Source: an uncultured archaeon (GTDB taxonomy: Archaea; Thermoproteota; Bathyarchaeia; Bathyarchaeales; Bathycorpusculaceae). From it: a stretch of DNA of 64,000 nucleotides. The translations under genes were made by a program, and so were the position numbers. The stretch is taken from positions 32,001 to 96,000 of the forward strand of contig CAWALK010000025.1 of assembly GCA_963782915.1 (NCBI GenBank), in the 5' to 3' direction. This document shows positions 44,951-55,492 of this stretch, in pieces. A model generated the notes under the pieces. The model was not told the origin of the DNA, made no database searches, and saw nothing but the letters and a program-made list of their open reading frames with translations. Position 1 is the stretch's first letter. Each line of letters begins with the position of its first letter.

Positions 44951-45041
44951 TTATATAAGGGAGGGGGAGGGTCTTCTGAGGTAGGTAGGTCTAGTCTTTT
45001 TGTGCTTTTAATAGGGGTAGGGGGTCGTTGGCAAAGCAGCA
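44951..45041 (+). repeat. Dispersed intergenic repeat, long form, copy B
   Basis: Near-identical to 2342-2433. Confidence 0.85.
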
Positions 45042-45164
45042 AACCCTCCAACACCAAAACATGCCCTTCCCTGTTGCATTTCAAACCCTTCAACGTATAT
45101 ACCTGCATGTTAGCAACAAATAAAAGCGCATGATGCTGTATCGGCTACTAAGAGGATATTAACT

Positions 45165-45815
45165 ATGTCTGAACGATTTGCTAAGAAATGGGAAGCTAAA
45201 AAAGAAGGAGAGTCACTTTCAACATCAATCAAAAACAGCGTTAAAGCTCCTCCACCGCTAAAACCTGCCTTGGATGCAGCTACTCGCAAACTTGATATGC
45301 AAATCAGCAAACTCGATCAAGCTAATGAGCGTTTTACACAAAAAGACAAAGCCCTATTCGCCAAACTCGTTGACTCATATACCAAGCATGACCAAGCACA
45401 CGCAAACATTTACGCAACAGAATTAGCTGAACTGCGTAAAATGAGCAAACTCATCATGAACGCACGGCTCGCACTCGACCAAGTCGCACTCAGAATAAGA
45501 ACCGTATCAGAATTAGGCGACGTTGTCTCAGCATTAGGTCCATGCATCGGCGTACTGCGCAGCGTATCCAGCGGACTAGGCGGCGTACTCCCAGAAGCAG
45601 AAGGCGAACTCGGCGACATCGGCAACATGCTAAGCGGCTTAATGTTCGAAGCAGGCAGCTCAAGCGGTATGTCACTAAACTTCGACAACGTAAACGAAGA
45701 CGCATCAAAAATCTTAGCCGAAGCAGCCACCGTTGCAGAACAGAAAGTCAGCGCCAACTTCCCAGACCTTCCACCCGGAATGCCTGGAACAGCAAAAGCT
45801 AAAAGCCAACAATAG
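45165..45815 (+). CDS. Snf7/ESCRT-III (CdvB-like) protein
   Basis: Coiled-coil core, ANIYATELAELRK, LDQVALRIRTV.ELGD, P.AE.EL, KILAEAA..AE, FPDLP. Confidence 0.88.
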   Translation: MSERFAKKWEAKKEGESLSTSIKNSVKAPPPLKPALDAATRKLDMQISKLDQANERFTQKDKALFAKLVDSYTKHDQAHANIYATELAELRKMSKLIMNARLALDQVALRIRTVSELGDVVSALGPCIGVLRSVSSGLGGVLPEAEGELGDIGNMLSGLMFEAGSSSGMSLNFDNVNEDASKILAEAATVAEQKVSANFPDLPPGMPGTAKAKSQQ

Positions 45816-46135
45816 AATAAACTTCCCAACCTTTCCTTTTTTGTTTTCTTTTTTTGCAGCAACACATATATCCCTAAAACATCGCTAACAATTCTGGTGT
45901 AAACTTGGATTCACCTCATCTGTGCCCAGAATGCTATGTGGAAATGAAACCAAAATGCGACAGCACTGGCCGACTGATTTATCATCAATGCCCCAAATGT
46001 GGTATGCTAATTTTATTCACCCACTCCGGACACTAAAACCTGTTTTGCTATGGTTGTATCCTGCCGGAACAGGCTGTTCTAAAGCTTGGACTTATATGTA
46101 GCTGCCCATGATACTTCGGGGAGGGCATCAACCGG

Positions 46136-46582
46136 TTGAACACCAACAGCGAAACGGAGTTAGAATACGCTCTACGCGGCAAAGCTTGGAAAGTATATTG
46201 GTTTCTGCTAAAAAACGGTGCCCCAGCAGGCGTGCGCGAAGTTCAACGTGCCCTACATTTCAGTAGCCCAAGCATCGCCTTTCACCACCTCGAACAACTC
46301 AGGGAGTTGGGGTTGGTTGAGAAGCAAGAAGTCGGCGGACATTACGTTTTGGTTGGCCAAGTTAAAATCGGTGTACTCAAACATTACGTGAAACTTGGCA
46401 AACTACTCTTTCCGCGTTACTTCTTCTATGCGCTGTTCTCAACGCTATTCTACGGTTTGTATTTGGCGTTGATGGTTCACAGTTTCACCCGCGACAACCT
46501 CTTCATCATCACTTTTGGCGCGATTGTCTGCGGAATCTTTTGGTATGAAGCTTACCGCATTTGGGGTATGAGGCCATTCTAA
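46136..46582 (+). CDS. Winged-helix protein with two C-terminal TMs
   Basis: GVREVQRAL.FSSPSIA.HHLEQL. Confidence 0.8.
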   Translation: MNTNSETELEYALRGKAWKVYWFLLKNGAPAGVREVQRALHFSSPSIAFHHLEQLRELGLVEKQEVGGHYVLVGQVKIGVLKHYVKLGKLLFPRYFFYALFSTLFYGLYLALMVHSFTRDNLFIITFGAIVCGIFWYEAYRIWGMRPF

Positions 46583-46657
46583 TTAGTAGTACAGCATGTT
46601 CGTGGGCTTAGCATCAAATAAAAACATGCCTAATGATGAAAGTGGAGAAAAAGGTAT

Positions 46658-48648
46658 ATGGTTCAAAAAGAAGTCAAAAAGAAAACTGGCATTTACGCAT
46701 TAGTAGCTGTGCTTTCGGCTGTTGTTTTAGTTTCTATGGTTTATTCATTGGGTTCTTACCCGGCGCTTTCGCCCGTCGCTCAATTGCCTGCGGTTTCGGG
46801 CATGAAAACTTTTTCGTCAGTGGATGAAATAAAAAATTATTTGAATTCAAACTCGCTTAATTCGCCTTTAGTATCTTCACCTAACGAATATTGGGCGCGA
46901 CCCGATGCGGCATTTACTTCGGGCTCAACCGATAAGGGTACCTACGGAGTAACTACTGATTACTCAACCACAAACATACAGGTTGCAGGAGTAGATGAGG
47001 CAGACACCGTAAAAACAGACGGCCAATACATCTACACCCTATCCAGCAAACAATCTATCAGTCCATACTACTCATACGATTCCTTTTCTCAGGCAAGCAA
47101 CAACATCTACATAGTAAGCGCTAACCCACAAAACCCCTGATGTTATATCCAAAATTGTCTTAGACAAACAATCTACTCCAATGGGGATTGTTTCTAAGCT
47201 CCGATAGCAAAAAACTGGTTGTATTCGAAAGCAAATACCAAAGTTCCCCCTATGGTTCAAGAGAAATAACGATTATGCCCTACTACAGCAGCCAATTCAC
47301 CGCCATCTACGTCTATGATATCTCAAACAAAGCATACCCCACTTTAGCTCGCAACTTAACTGTGACTGGAAACTATTTCAATTCACGTATGATCGGCAAC
47401 TATGTTTACGCGGTAACAAGCCAAAGCGCCTACATCTATGACGATGTTGTGCCGGTTCCAGCCCTCTACAACGGCGGTACCGTTTCTGCCTCTTCCCCTT
47501 CAAGTATCTACTACGCAGACATGAACCAATCCAGTAGTTACTCCTTCACAAGCTTCTACGGATTAGACCTATCAAACGATTTGGAGCAACCCGCCAAAAT
47601 GACCGTGCTCATGAGCGGCGCCAGTACAATGTATGTTTCCCCAGATAACATCTATGTCGCTTACCCCAACTGGGTAAACGGCTCCGGCGTAACCGCCATT
47701 TACAGAGTAAAAATCGACGGTTTACAGTTAACCCTTCAAGCACAAGGCAATGTTCCCGGCTACACGATTAATCAGTATGCCATTGACGAATACAGCGGTA
47801 ACCTGCGAATAGCCACTAATCTCTGGCAGTACACTGCTCAAAGCGATGTTTTCGGTGGACAGCAGGGTGCACAAATCAACAACGTCTATGTCCTCGACCA
47901 GAATCTCACCATTATCGGTAGACTTGAGGGTTTAGCAGTCGGCGAAAACCTCCATTCCGTTCGATTCATGGGTGAACGGGGCTATTTGGTCACGTTTAAA
48001 ACGACTGATCCTCTCTTTGTCATCGACTTAAGTCAACCCAGTAACCCAACGGTGCTAGGCGAACTCGTAATCCCAGGCTACTCGGATTATCTGCACCCAT
48101 ATGACGCGACACATTTGATCGGTGTGGGAAAAGAAGCTGTTGACTCAGGCCATGACTTCGCTTATTACCAAGGCGTCAAGTTAGCGCTCTTTGACGTTAG
48201 CAACGTAAACAATCCAATTCAGGTAGCGAACTATGTCATCGGCGACAGAGGCACCGACTCAGCGGTTCTAAATGACCCCAAAGCTTTCCTCTTCGACAAA
48301 ACCAAAGACCTGCTTGTAATGCCCATTAGTTTGGCGTTGGTAAGTGAAGAAAATCGGCAGCAACAAGGCAGCGCTGCTTATGGCCAAACCGTTTGGCAAG
48401 GCGCATACGTCTTTAGCGTTTCAGCAAACGGCAACTTTACACTAAAAGGCACCGTAACACACCTAGACGCTTCATTGCTAAACAGCACAGGATACCTAAA
48501 CGACAGCAACAACTACTACACAACCCAAAACCAGTGGATAACACGCTCACTCTACATCGACAACACACTCTACACCATCTCAAACTCCGAAGTCAAACTC
48601 AACAGCCTAACCAACCTCTCAGAAATCGCCACAGTGCACCTATCATAA
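46658..48648 (+). CDS. Secreted beta-propeller domain protein (frameshift near 47138)
   Basis: STTNIQVAGVDEAD.VKTDG, VTF...DPLFVIDLS, IPGYSDYLHP. Confidence 0.88.
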
Positions 48649-48863
48649 AACATCTTAATTCTTCCTTTTTTTCTTGTCAGAGCTCAACTGCATTTTTTTC
48701 TCTATCCCCCTTATTTATAGGCTCAACAAGTGTAGGCTCAAAGTCAAATGGGCAATGCATCCATTAGGGAAAGTATTGCGTTCAGCAGGCGTTTGTTGGT
48801 TAACCACTGATTATTTGATGCATTTGCAATTTAAGCCTGCTCAGCTTGCGGTGCCCGAGCTTT

Positions 48864-48955
48864 TGTTGCTCTGCCAAGACCGCCCTATCCCCTACAAAAA
48901 GCATCAAAAGAAGGGACCTACCTACCTCAGAAGACCTCCCCCTCCCTTATATAAA
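48864..48955 (-). repeat. Dispersed intergenic repeat, long form, copy C
   Basis: Reverse complement reads TTATATAAGGGAGGGGGAGGTCTTCTGAGGTAGGTAGGTC..GTAGGGGATAGGG..TTGGCAGAGCAACA. Confidence 0.85.
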
Positions 48956-49338
48956 GACTCAATATCTGTTGGCTAAGCTGATGCCTGCATGCACATGCGT
49001 TAAGATGTTCCATATTCTGTTGGGCGACTGTGGGGTTAGGCTGGTTTTCTGTGAGCGTTTGCCGCAGTCCTGCAAGCGCAAAGGGCAAACAGTCGCCGAT
49101 AAAGCATCCACCGCAAGTCGCAGGGTAGCCCGATTAGCCGAATGCCACAAATACAGAAGGCGGGTTACAACCAATACACCACCCAATTAACTGCCGCAGA
49201 AACAATTAATTTCCGCTTCGCTCCTTTATAGCGAGTAGCTCTGCTTCTGCGCTTTCTTTGGGAAAAAAAGTTGCAAAATCTTCTATGCCTTCCGCTGATC
49301 AAATATTGATCTATTTTTTACGAAAAGAACTGCGTTTT

Positions 49339-49611
49339 CTAAAGCATATTTACTGCTTCTTGTCGGGGTATCGCTACAAGTGTTTCGGTTGTTACCCATT
49401 TGGAAATGCCCATTGCAGTTTTTAGAGCTTCCTTTTCGTTTGCTGCCTCAAAAATAAATACAACATCATATTGTCCCAGTGTCCAATACCAATTTAGCAC
49501 TTTTATTCCCTTTTTCTTGTACTCCTCAATTAGTTGTGTGGCGTCTCCTGCTGTTTCTTTTGTGGGGGTTATTATGAATTTGTTTAGGCTTACAAAAATC
49601 AAATCATTCAC
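49339..49611 (-). CDS. GYD-domain protein
   Basis: YWTLGQYDVVFIFEA, TETL.AI. Confidence 0.85.
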   Translation of the reverse strand: MNDLIFVSLNKFIITPTKETAGDATQLIEEYKKKGIKVLNWYWTLGQYDVVFIFEAANEKEALKTAMGISKWVTTETLVAIPRQEAVNML

Positions 49612-49919
49612 CTCCGGCCCATAGAAAACTCCAAGAAAAATTCATTTGAATCTAATTAAATAACGTTATTTCAAGCCTTTCTTTGAATCTGCCTGAACCA
49701 ATCAGGCTCAATCCTCAAATTCAACCCCCAGTTTCTTCCATGTATAGAGCTAAACCTCTAAGGTGGGTTACAACCAATACCCGACCCAATTAGTTAACCT
49801 CCATGCAAGTAGGAATCCGTTTTTCGTTGACAGGCAATTATAAAACACGAAATAAAAGAAAGAGAGATTTCGTTGACGATTTACCGCATAAAACTTGCGT
49901 TATACCATCGGTTAAACGC

Positions 49920-50400
49920 ATGGGCTAATTTTTTAGCCACTGCTCTCAACACCAGTCTCAATCGTCTCGGTCTCTTCGGGTGAAGCTGTACGCATTTGTT
50001 TTTTGCTTTTTATCTTTTGCTCCTTTGCCCTTTACTTCTTCTTCTGTTAATGTGGTTTCTATCGGTACTTTTTCCTTCGAAGCCCCGACATAATGCATCT
50101 GCTACTTCTAGGAGTTTTAGTATGGCTTGCTCGGAAAACATTCCACTAGTCCTGATAATCCTGCAATTACAACCACATTTAATGCCATAACTGCTGCGCC
50201 AATCGTTAATAACCCTCCTCGAATTAAAAGATAGAAAATAAAGGCTACCCCCGCTCCGAGAAGTGGTCGAACAGCATACCATGATCTGTACCGCACATAA
50301 TCAAAATCGTTCTCTCTACCTAAATGGTGAGACGCTGCCCAGAGGAAAAAAGGCATGCACTCTATGGCGCCTGAAACCATCATAACAACAACAAGCAGAG
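49920..50400 (-). CDS. Hypothetical membrane protein, split over frames (limits approximate)
   Basis: WYAVRPLLGA..FYLLIRGGL and GMFSEQAILKL.EVA in adjacent frames. Confidence 0.55.
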
Positions 50401-50974
50401 TTTCATGCGACCCACAAACGATAGAACCGAACGTGTGAAAAGGAAATTATCCGATTGTAGTGTTAATATCGTTAATTTGATTAAAAGCAGGTAAGTTGTA
50501 TGATTGAATGTGCTTGTAGCATTGAGATCCGGAATCTTCTGTGGCAGCAGGCCAAGCACCTATCATACAAATATGCCGGATAACGAGAAGTATTACGAGT
50601 TGAATATATTATCAGATAGACGTGCTCCCTTTCGGTCAGAATCATCTGTTTGATGTACCATAAATTTAACCTATAATTCAATTAACAGGTCTAAGTATTT
50701 AAGACTTAATAAAATGACCATATATAGCTTGCAATAATGAACATATGGCGATGGATTGGTTATAGAAAATTACTGATCCTTAAGGCGGGTTACAACCAAT
50801 ACACCACACCACTTCTTTACCTTTTTAGCGTATCTTCCAGAAAGCAAGGGCTCTGTTCTTGCAATACGATATTAGTTCTAAGATAATTTGAATAATTGAG
50901 AATAGTAAAAGAGGCGTAACTGGCAACTAACTGGCTTTGCAATTTTTCGTCTGCTAAGGTCCTATAGCCCTTAT

Positions 50975-51662
50975 TTATAGTACTGAAGTTAGGATGATGA
51001 CCAAAGCTAAGATAAAGAGCGCTAAAGCAGCGTAGTATAGGCCATATTTTAGTTTCTTTGCGAAGGACGGGGCTCTCCTCAACCCATAAACCGATGCTGA
51101 ACATTAGGATTACGGCTATTATCCATGACAAGTAGAGTGCTGTTTGGATGTAGAGCCCAAACAATCCTAGGATTATCGGCACCAATATTACAAATGCTGC
51201 CCCACCATTCAAACCCATATCAGCCAAAATTATCGTGGCGCTTTCTTTGTAGGGTGGATGTTTCTCTTGCTCACTTTGGGCAAGGTTAGCGACCACATTA
51301 TCAATGATTTTCTTCTTGTCCTCATCATTTACTACATTGAAGACTGAATCCTCAAGGTCTTCCTCCACCATGCCACGGCTTAGTCTTCGCTTTTCCTCTG
51401 ACTTCGCATAATCGATCATAGCGTTCTTCCTCTTGGCAGTGTGGTAGTTTTCGAATACGTAAAAGATTCCATCAGCAAAACCCCAAATGAGGCAATAGCC
51501 CATAGAAGAAGCGATTACGTAGATGACTGCGATGTCAGTTATAATTGGGCTTCCCCATATTACGGGGTTTCTAAGAGTAGCGGTCAGGGCTAATGTCATT
51601 ATGACTCCAAAGATGGGTTCAGACGAGAACCAGAACCGTCCGAAATAATCCGATAGCCCCAA
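50975..51662 (-). CDS. VIT1/CCC1-like membrane protein (probable frameshift near 51060)
   Basis: SEPIFGVIM..C.IWGFADG N-terminal TMs, acidic cytoplasmic loop, C-terminal TMs. Confidence 0.6.
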
Positions 51663-51956
51663 AAACAGTTCCTCATGATGTTAAGCAAAATAGGGCACTT
51701 AACAATTTGTGGCTTCATAACAATGCCAACAGACATCTAAAGGCTTATAACTAGAGCGTAACGAAGGATGATCAGTGTTTAAAATTGAGTGAAGATAATA
51801 AGAAATTACTAAGCCCAAAGGCGGATTACAACCAGCAAACCTGTCGGTCATCTGGACAGAACCTGCCGCCAATAGTAACCTGAAAAACTCATAATTCAGA
51901 CTACTTTTTAGAAAGACTTGAGTACCCAAAAGTGCACTGTTTGAGTAGTGACCTTT

Positions 51957-52538
51957 ATGGCAGACAAAATTTCTTTGGGCGCTAATTCTTTTGCCCCAGT
52001 AACCCCCGTTTGGGTAGTCGGCACATATGACCATGCTGGAAAACCGAATGCTATGACGGCTGCATGGGCAGGGGTTTGCTGCTCTAAACCTCCATGCGTT
52101 TATGTTTCACTAAGAAAAGCTACCTACACATACGGCAACCTCATGGAGCGTAAGGCGTTTACTGTTAGTTTTCCCTCGGAGGCTTATGTTAAAGAAGCTG
52201 ACTATTTTGGGATGGCTTCGGGGAGAGATTCTGACAAGTTCGCAGTTACTAAGCTTACGCCTGTGAAAAGTGATCTTGTGGATGCACCGTACGTGGGGGA
52301 ATTTCCAGTAATCTTGGAGTGCAAGGTAATCAATATAGTTGAAATCGGGTTGCATACGATGTTTATCGGCGAAGTCCTCGATGTTAAAGCCGACAAGAGC
52401 GTGCTAGGTGAGAATGGGATGCCTGATGTTGAGAAAGTGAAGCCGCTGATCTGGAGTATGGCAAACATGTCCTATCGCAAGGTCGGAGGGCACGTGGGGA
52501 AATCGTTCTCGGTTGGCAAGGATGTAAGCAAATCTTAG
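51957..52538 (+). CDS. Flavin reductase-like (flavoredoxin) protein
   Basis: PVWVVGTY..KPN.M.AAW, DYFG..SG..DKF, LECKV, GLHT.FIGEV. Confidence 0.9.
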   Translation: MADKISLGANSFAPVTPVWVVGTYDHAGKPNAMTAAWAGVCCSKPPCVYVSLRKATYTYGNLMERKAFTVSFPSEAYVKEADYFGMASGRDSDKFAVTKLTPVKSDLVDAPYVGEFPVILECKVINIVEIGLHTMFIGEVLDVKADKSVLGENGMPDVEKVKPLIWSMANMSYRKVGGHVGKSFSVGKDVSKS

Positions 52539-52733
52539 TTATCAAATAGTTCACCTTGCAAAAGCTACTGCTTCATTCCTAATTTTGACCCCTAAACTCC
52601 TCTTCCCTATCTTAAGGCATATAAGGAGACTTGACAGCAAAAATTCAGCAAGCCAGCATACGGTTGATAAGCGTACAAGATACGGATAATGTATTTATTA
52701 ATCGTGAAACAGATTGATACTTAGGTGTTTTAA

Positions 52734-53021
52734 GTGATAAGTTTTGAAAATTTAATTGGTTATAAAGTGTTAACTTCTGAAGCTTTTTCTTTGGGCGTTG
52801 TTAAAGGAGCGTTAGTTGACACTGAGAAATGGACCATAACATATTTGCATGTAAAAATAAACGATGAAGCAGCAACAAGGCTTGGATTCAAGAAGCGGTT
52901 TAGAAGTTCTACCATATGCCTGCCCGTCAGTATGGTTAAGGCTATTGGAGATTACGTTACAATTGGCAGATCCTTAGACGAGTTAAGCGAATCTCAAGAG
53001 ATTACTGAGTGCAACGAATAA
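52734..53021 (+). CDS. PRC-barrel domain protein
   Basis: LIGYKV.T..A..LG.V..VD..W.I; P...V.AIGD.V. Confidence 0.8.
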   Translation: MISFENLIGYKVLTSEAFSLGVVKGALVDTEKWTITYLHVKINDEAATRLGFKKRFRSSTICLPVSMVKAIGDYVTIGRSLDELSESQEITECNE

Positions 53022-53083
53022 GCAGGCAAAAGTGCTATAGTTCTCGAGAATATGGGTAAAGAGACGTTAAAAAAAGGGTTTAG

Positions 53084-53248
53084 TTAGAGTTTTCTTTTGG
53101 CTTTGCCGACGTCTTCTTGGATTTTTCCTTGTACTTTTTCTGCTTCGCCCTTGATTATTTGACCAGTGTTGCCAGTAGCTTTGCCCGTGCCTACGCGGAT
53201 TTTGCCTTCTTCCTGTTTGAGTTTACCTTTAACTTCGTCTTTGCTCAT
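53084..53248 (-). CDS. CsbD-family stress protein (54 aa, below ORF-track cutoff)
   Basis: Translated by hand: MSKDEVKGKLKQEEGKIRVGTGKATGNTGQIIKGEAEKVQGKIQEDVGKAKRKL. Confidence 0.8.
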   Translation of the reverse strand: MSKDEVKGKLKQEEGKIRVGTGKATGNTGQIIKGEAEKVQGKIQEDVGKAKRKL

Positions 53249-53568
53249 AAAATTTCACTAACAGACTGGTGTCTCCACGATTGTATAAGCATATGTGACT
53301 GCTAACAGGCACTAACAAGCAACAAGCCATCGCAAATTCTTTTTTGTTGTTAAAGGATCTATTTAGAGATTGGGGTGAGATGGTTTCTTGAAAACCGTTT
53401 GATTGGTCGAATGCAGTCACGAGAGCACGTTGTTTCTTGTTTTTCTTCGTCTTTCTTGCCGAATTTCGTTTTTTGTTAGTTCCCGTAAATAATATACGCA
53501 TGAAATAATCTCAAACCTTCTTTACGCCAATTATTAGTAACTTTTCTCCACAGATAGGGCATGTTTGC

Positions 53569-53911
53569 TTAGGAGAATACGAAGCCAATGACAAAACCCA
53601 CGACTAGTCCTAAACCAAGTGGCAGAATGCCCATGAGAAGTACCCCATATTGAACTACAATAGGGACCATAAGTGTCTGCAATGCTTTGCAAGGCACCAA
53701 GACTTAAGCCGAAAAACCCAAAATAGGCGACCACGACCAATATAATGGCAGCTATAATCGCAATTTTTAGTACCTTGTGGAATAGGTAGCCGACGATAAG
53801 GCCAATGACAAATGGAATAATCATCAAAACTAATGGTGGAATACCCCCTATGCTTCCAGAAGTGATAAAATTAATGACTTGGTCTATGGCACTCAAAATA
53901 AGCGACTCCAA
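53569..53911 (-). CDS. FUN14-like small membrane protein (frameshift near 53660)
   Basis: PFVIGLIVGYLFHKVLKI..YFG; C-terminal GFVIGF in alternate frame. Confidence 0.6.
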
Positions 53912-54130
53912 ACAAGTAAGGGGGTGATTACAGAGGCTATTAAACGCACGTTGTTGCAGTCACGCAGTCACAAGGTTTGGATATCCCTAAAGGGCATTCT
54001 CCCAGCAAGCAATGGCTCTGTCTTGCAACAATAATCCGATAATCTGAAATTCATTAAAAAATGTAAAGAGCGCATAGTAAAAGTCCTTATTCTGGCAAAA
54101 CAGAGAATAAACCAATCTTAGGTGTTTTGA

Positions 54131-54361
54131 ATGAGCGAAAAACAACAAGGCAAACTTTTTGACAAAATGTGGGAACTACTTGGCTCTAAAATGATTGATT
54201 CAGGAAAACAAAACGTAGCAGAAGTGGAGAAACTTTTCAAAACGGTACTATACGAGGCAAAAACAGATTTCCCCAGAATAACCGAATACGGTAGCTTCTT
54301 TTACGCTGACGGCGAGAAAGAAGCCATCATATGGTATAAAAAATGGTTTGGCGCTCCCTAA
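54131..54361 (+). CDS. Hypothetical protein
   Basis: 76-aa ORF with AGGTG upstream. Confidence 0.6.
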   Translation: MSEKQQGKLFDKMWELLGSKMIDSGKQNVAEVEKLFKTVLYEAKTDFPRITEYGSFFYADGEKEAIIWYKKWFGAP

Positions 54362-54617
54362 CACCGAGTTAGCCGTCAATACATCTTCTGTCAATTTCAG
54401 AAAATGGGGTCGTTCCCCACTCTCAATTGTAAGAACCCCTCCGCTTTGCTGTGCTACCGGTACAACAACACATCTTTTTTAAAGAATTACATCTTCCCTC
54501 TTAGCGGATGTCACATTTTGAATAAGGCAGAAGCCACAAATCTGCTCAGACAAATAATTTCATTTTGAAGGATTAAGCGCAGAAACAGAAATTTTTTTTC
54601 TTTGAGCACCAAATAAG

Positions 54618-54998
54618 TTGAAGCTTCTAGGTGATTTTTTGGATAAAAATCAAGCACTTAAATTGTTAGAGGAGATAAAACTGAACTGTCCACGGATTGA
54701 CGAAAAAACGGTGTCTTTGAATGAATCAAATGCTTTGGATGTAGCTTCAAGAGGTTTTCAGATATTTGTCGGTGGAATAGACAAAGATGATCGTACATGT
54801 ATCAGAAAAGCAATAGGCCAATACGATTATCTCATCAAGGAAGGTCCCGACCGTATGATCATCTATGACCCTGCAGAGTTGAAGTGTCCCGAATGCGGCA
54901 AAATATTTGAAACAACAAGGGAACTAAAGACACACATAACAGGGGTACATTATAGCAAGGAATTTGAACAAACCGAGATGCCAACCGGCGAAATGTAA
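54618..54998 (+). CDS. Protein with C-terminal C2H2 zinc finger
   Basis: CPECGKIF..L..H...H. Confidence 0.7.
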   Translation: MKLLGDFLDKNQALKLLEEIKLNCPRIDEKTVSLNESNALDVASRGFQIFVGGIDKDDRTCIRKAIGQYDYLIKEGPDRMIIYDPAELKCPECGKIFETTRELKTHITGVHYSKEFEQTEMPTGEM

Positions 54999-55492
54999 CT
55001 CTCGGATTCCTTACTGCCGGTGATTACCCAGTAATGCAATCTTGCCTTTGAGCAACCATAGGCAACAAGCGTATGAAAAACAATCTCGACTAAACACATG
55101 GATATTGAGGAGCCCTTATGCTTAAGGGGCAAACTATTATGGCATCCATAACATTGTTATTGCTTAACAATGGGTGGATGGCAAAGACTTGTGTACTTTT
55201 GCCCAATCGTGCACACTTCCCCTCCCTTCCACCCATTGCGGTTTACCCCTAAAGCAGCAAAGCTCTGCTCCGAAACCGTTCGAGGGGCCTGCAAAAAGAG
55301 CCGTTTTTTGGTATTTTGGGCAGCCGTAGAGGGAAATGCAAAATGTATCCTGAAGTATGAATTGAAGTTACAAATTGTATTCTCACTCTGTTGCTAACGG
55401 ATGTTAAATACTACTTGCACTCACAGGCAAATTAAGCGAACACACGAAAGCTAGTGTTTTCGCTAAAAAATTATTTAGAGGAAAAACAGCGA

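Larger units (their letters stand above)
49157..51834 (+). repeat. Four direct copies of AAGGCGGGTTACAACCAATACACCACCCAATTA (49157, 49760, 50782, partial 51818)
   Basis: Copy 2 matches 30/33, copy 3 matches the first 26 nt exactly, copy 4 matches 16/17. Confidence 0.85.

Noticed and set aside
44609-44958. ORFs 44609-44809 and 44722-44958
   Set aside because: They overlap the 5S rRNA and are spurious, as are the many antisense shadow ORFs over confident genes
49157-51834. CRISPR array
   Set aside because: Intervals are 0.6-1 kb and contain genes; no cas genes and no regularly spaced short repeats anywhere in the window
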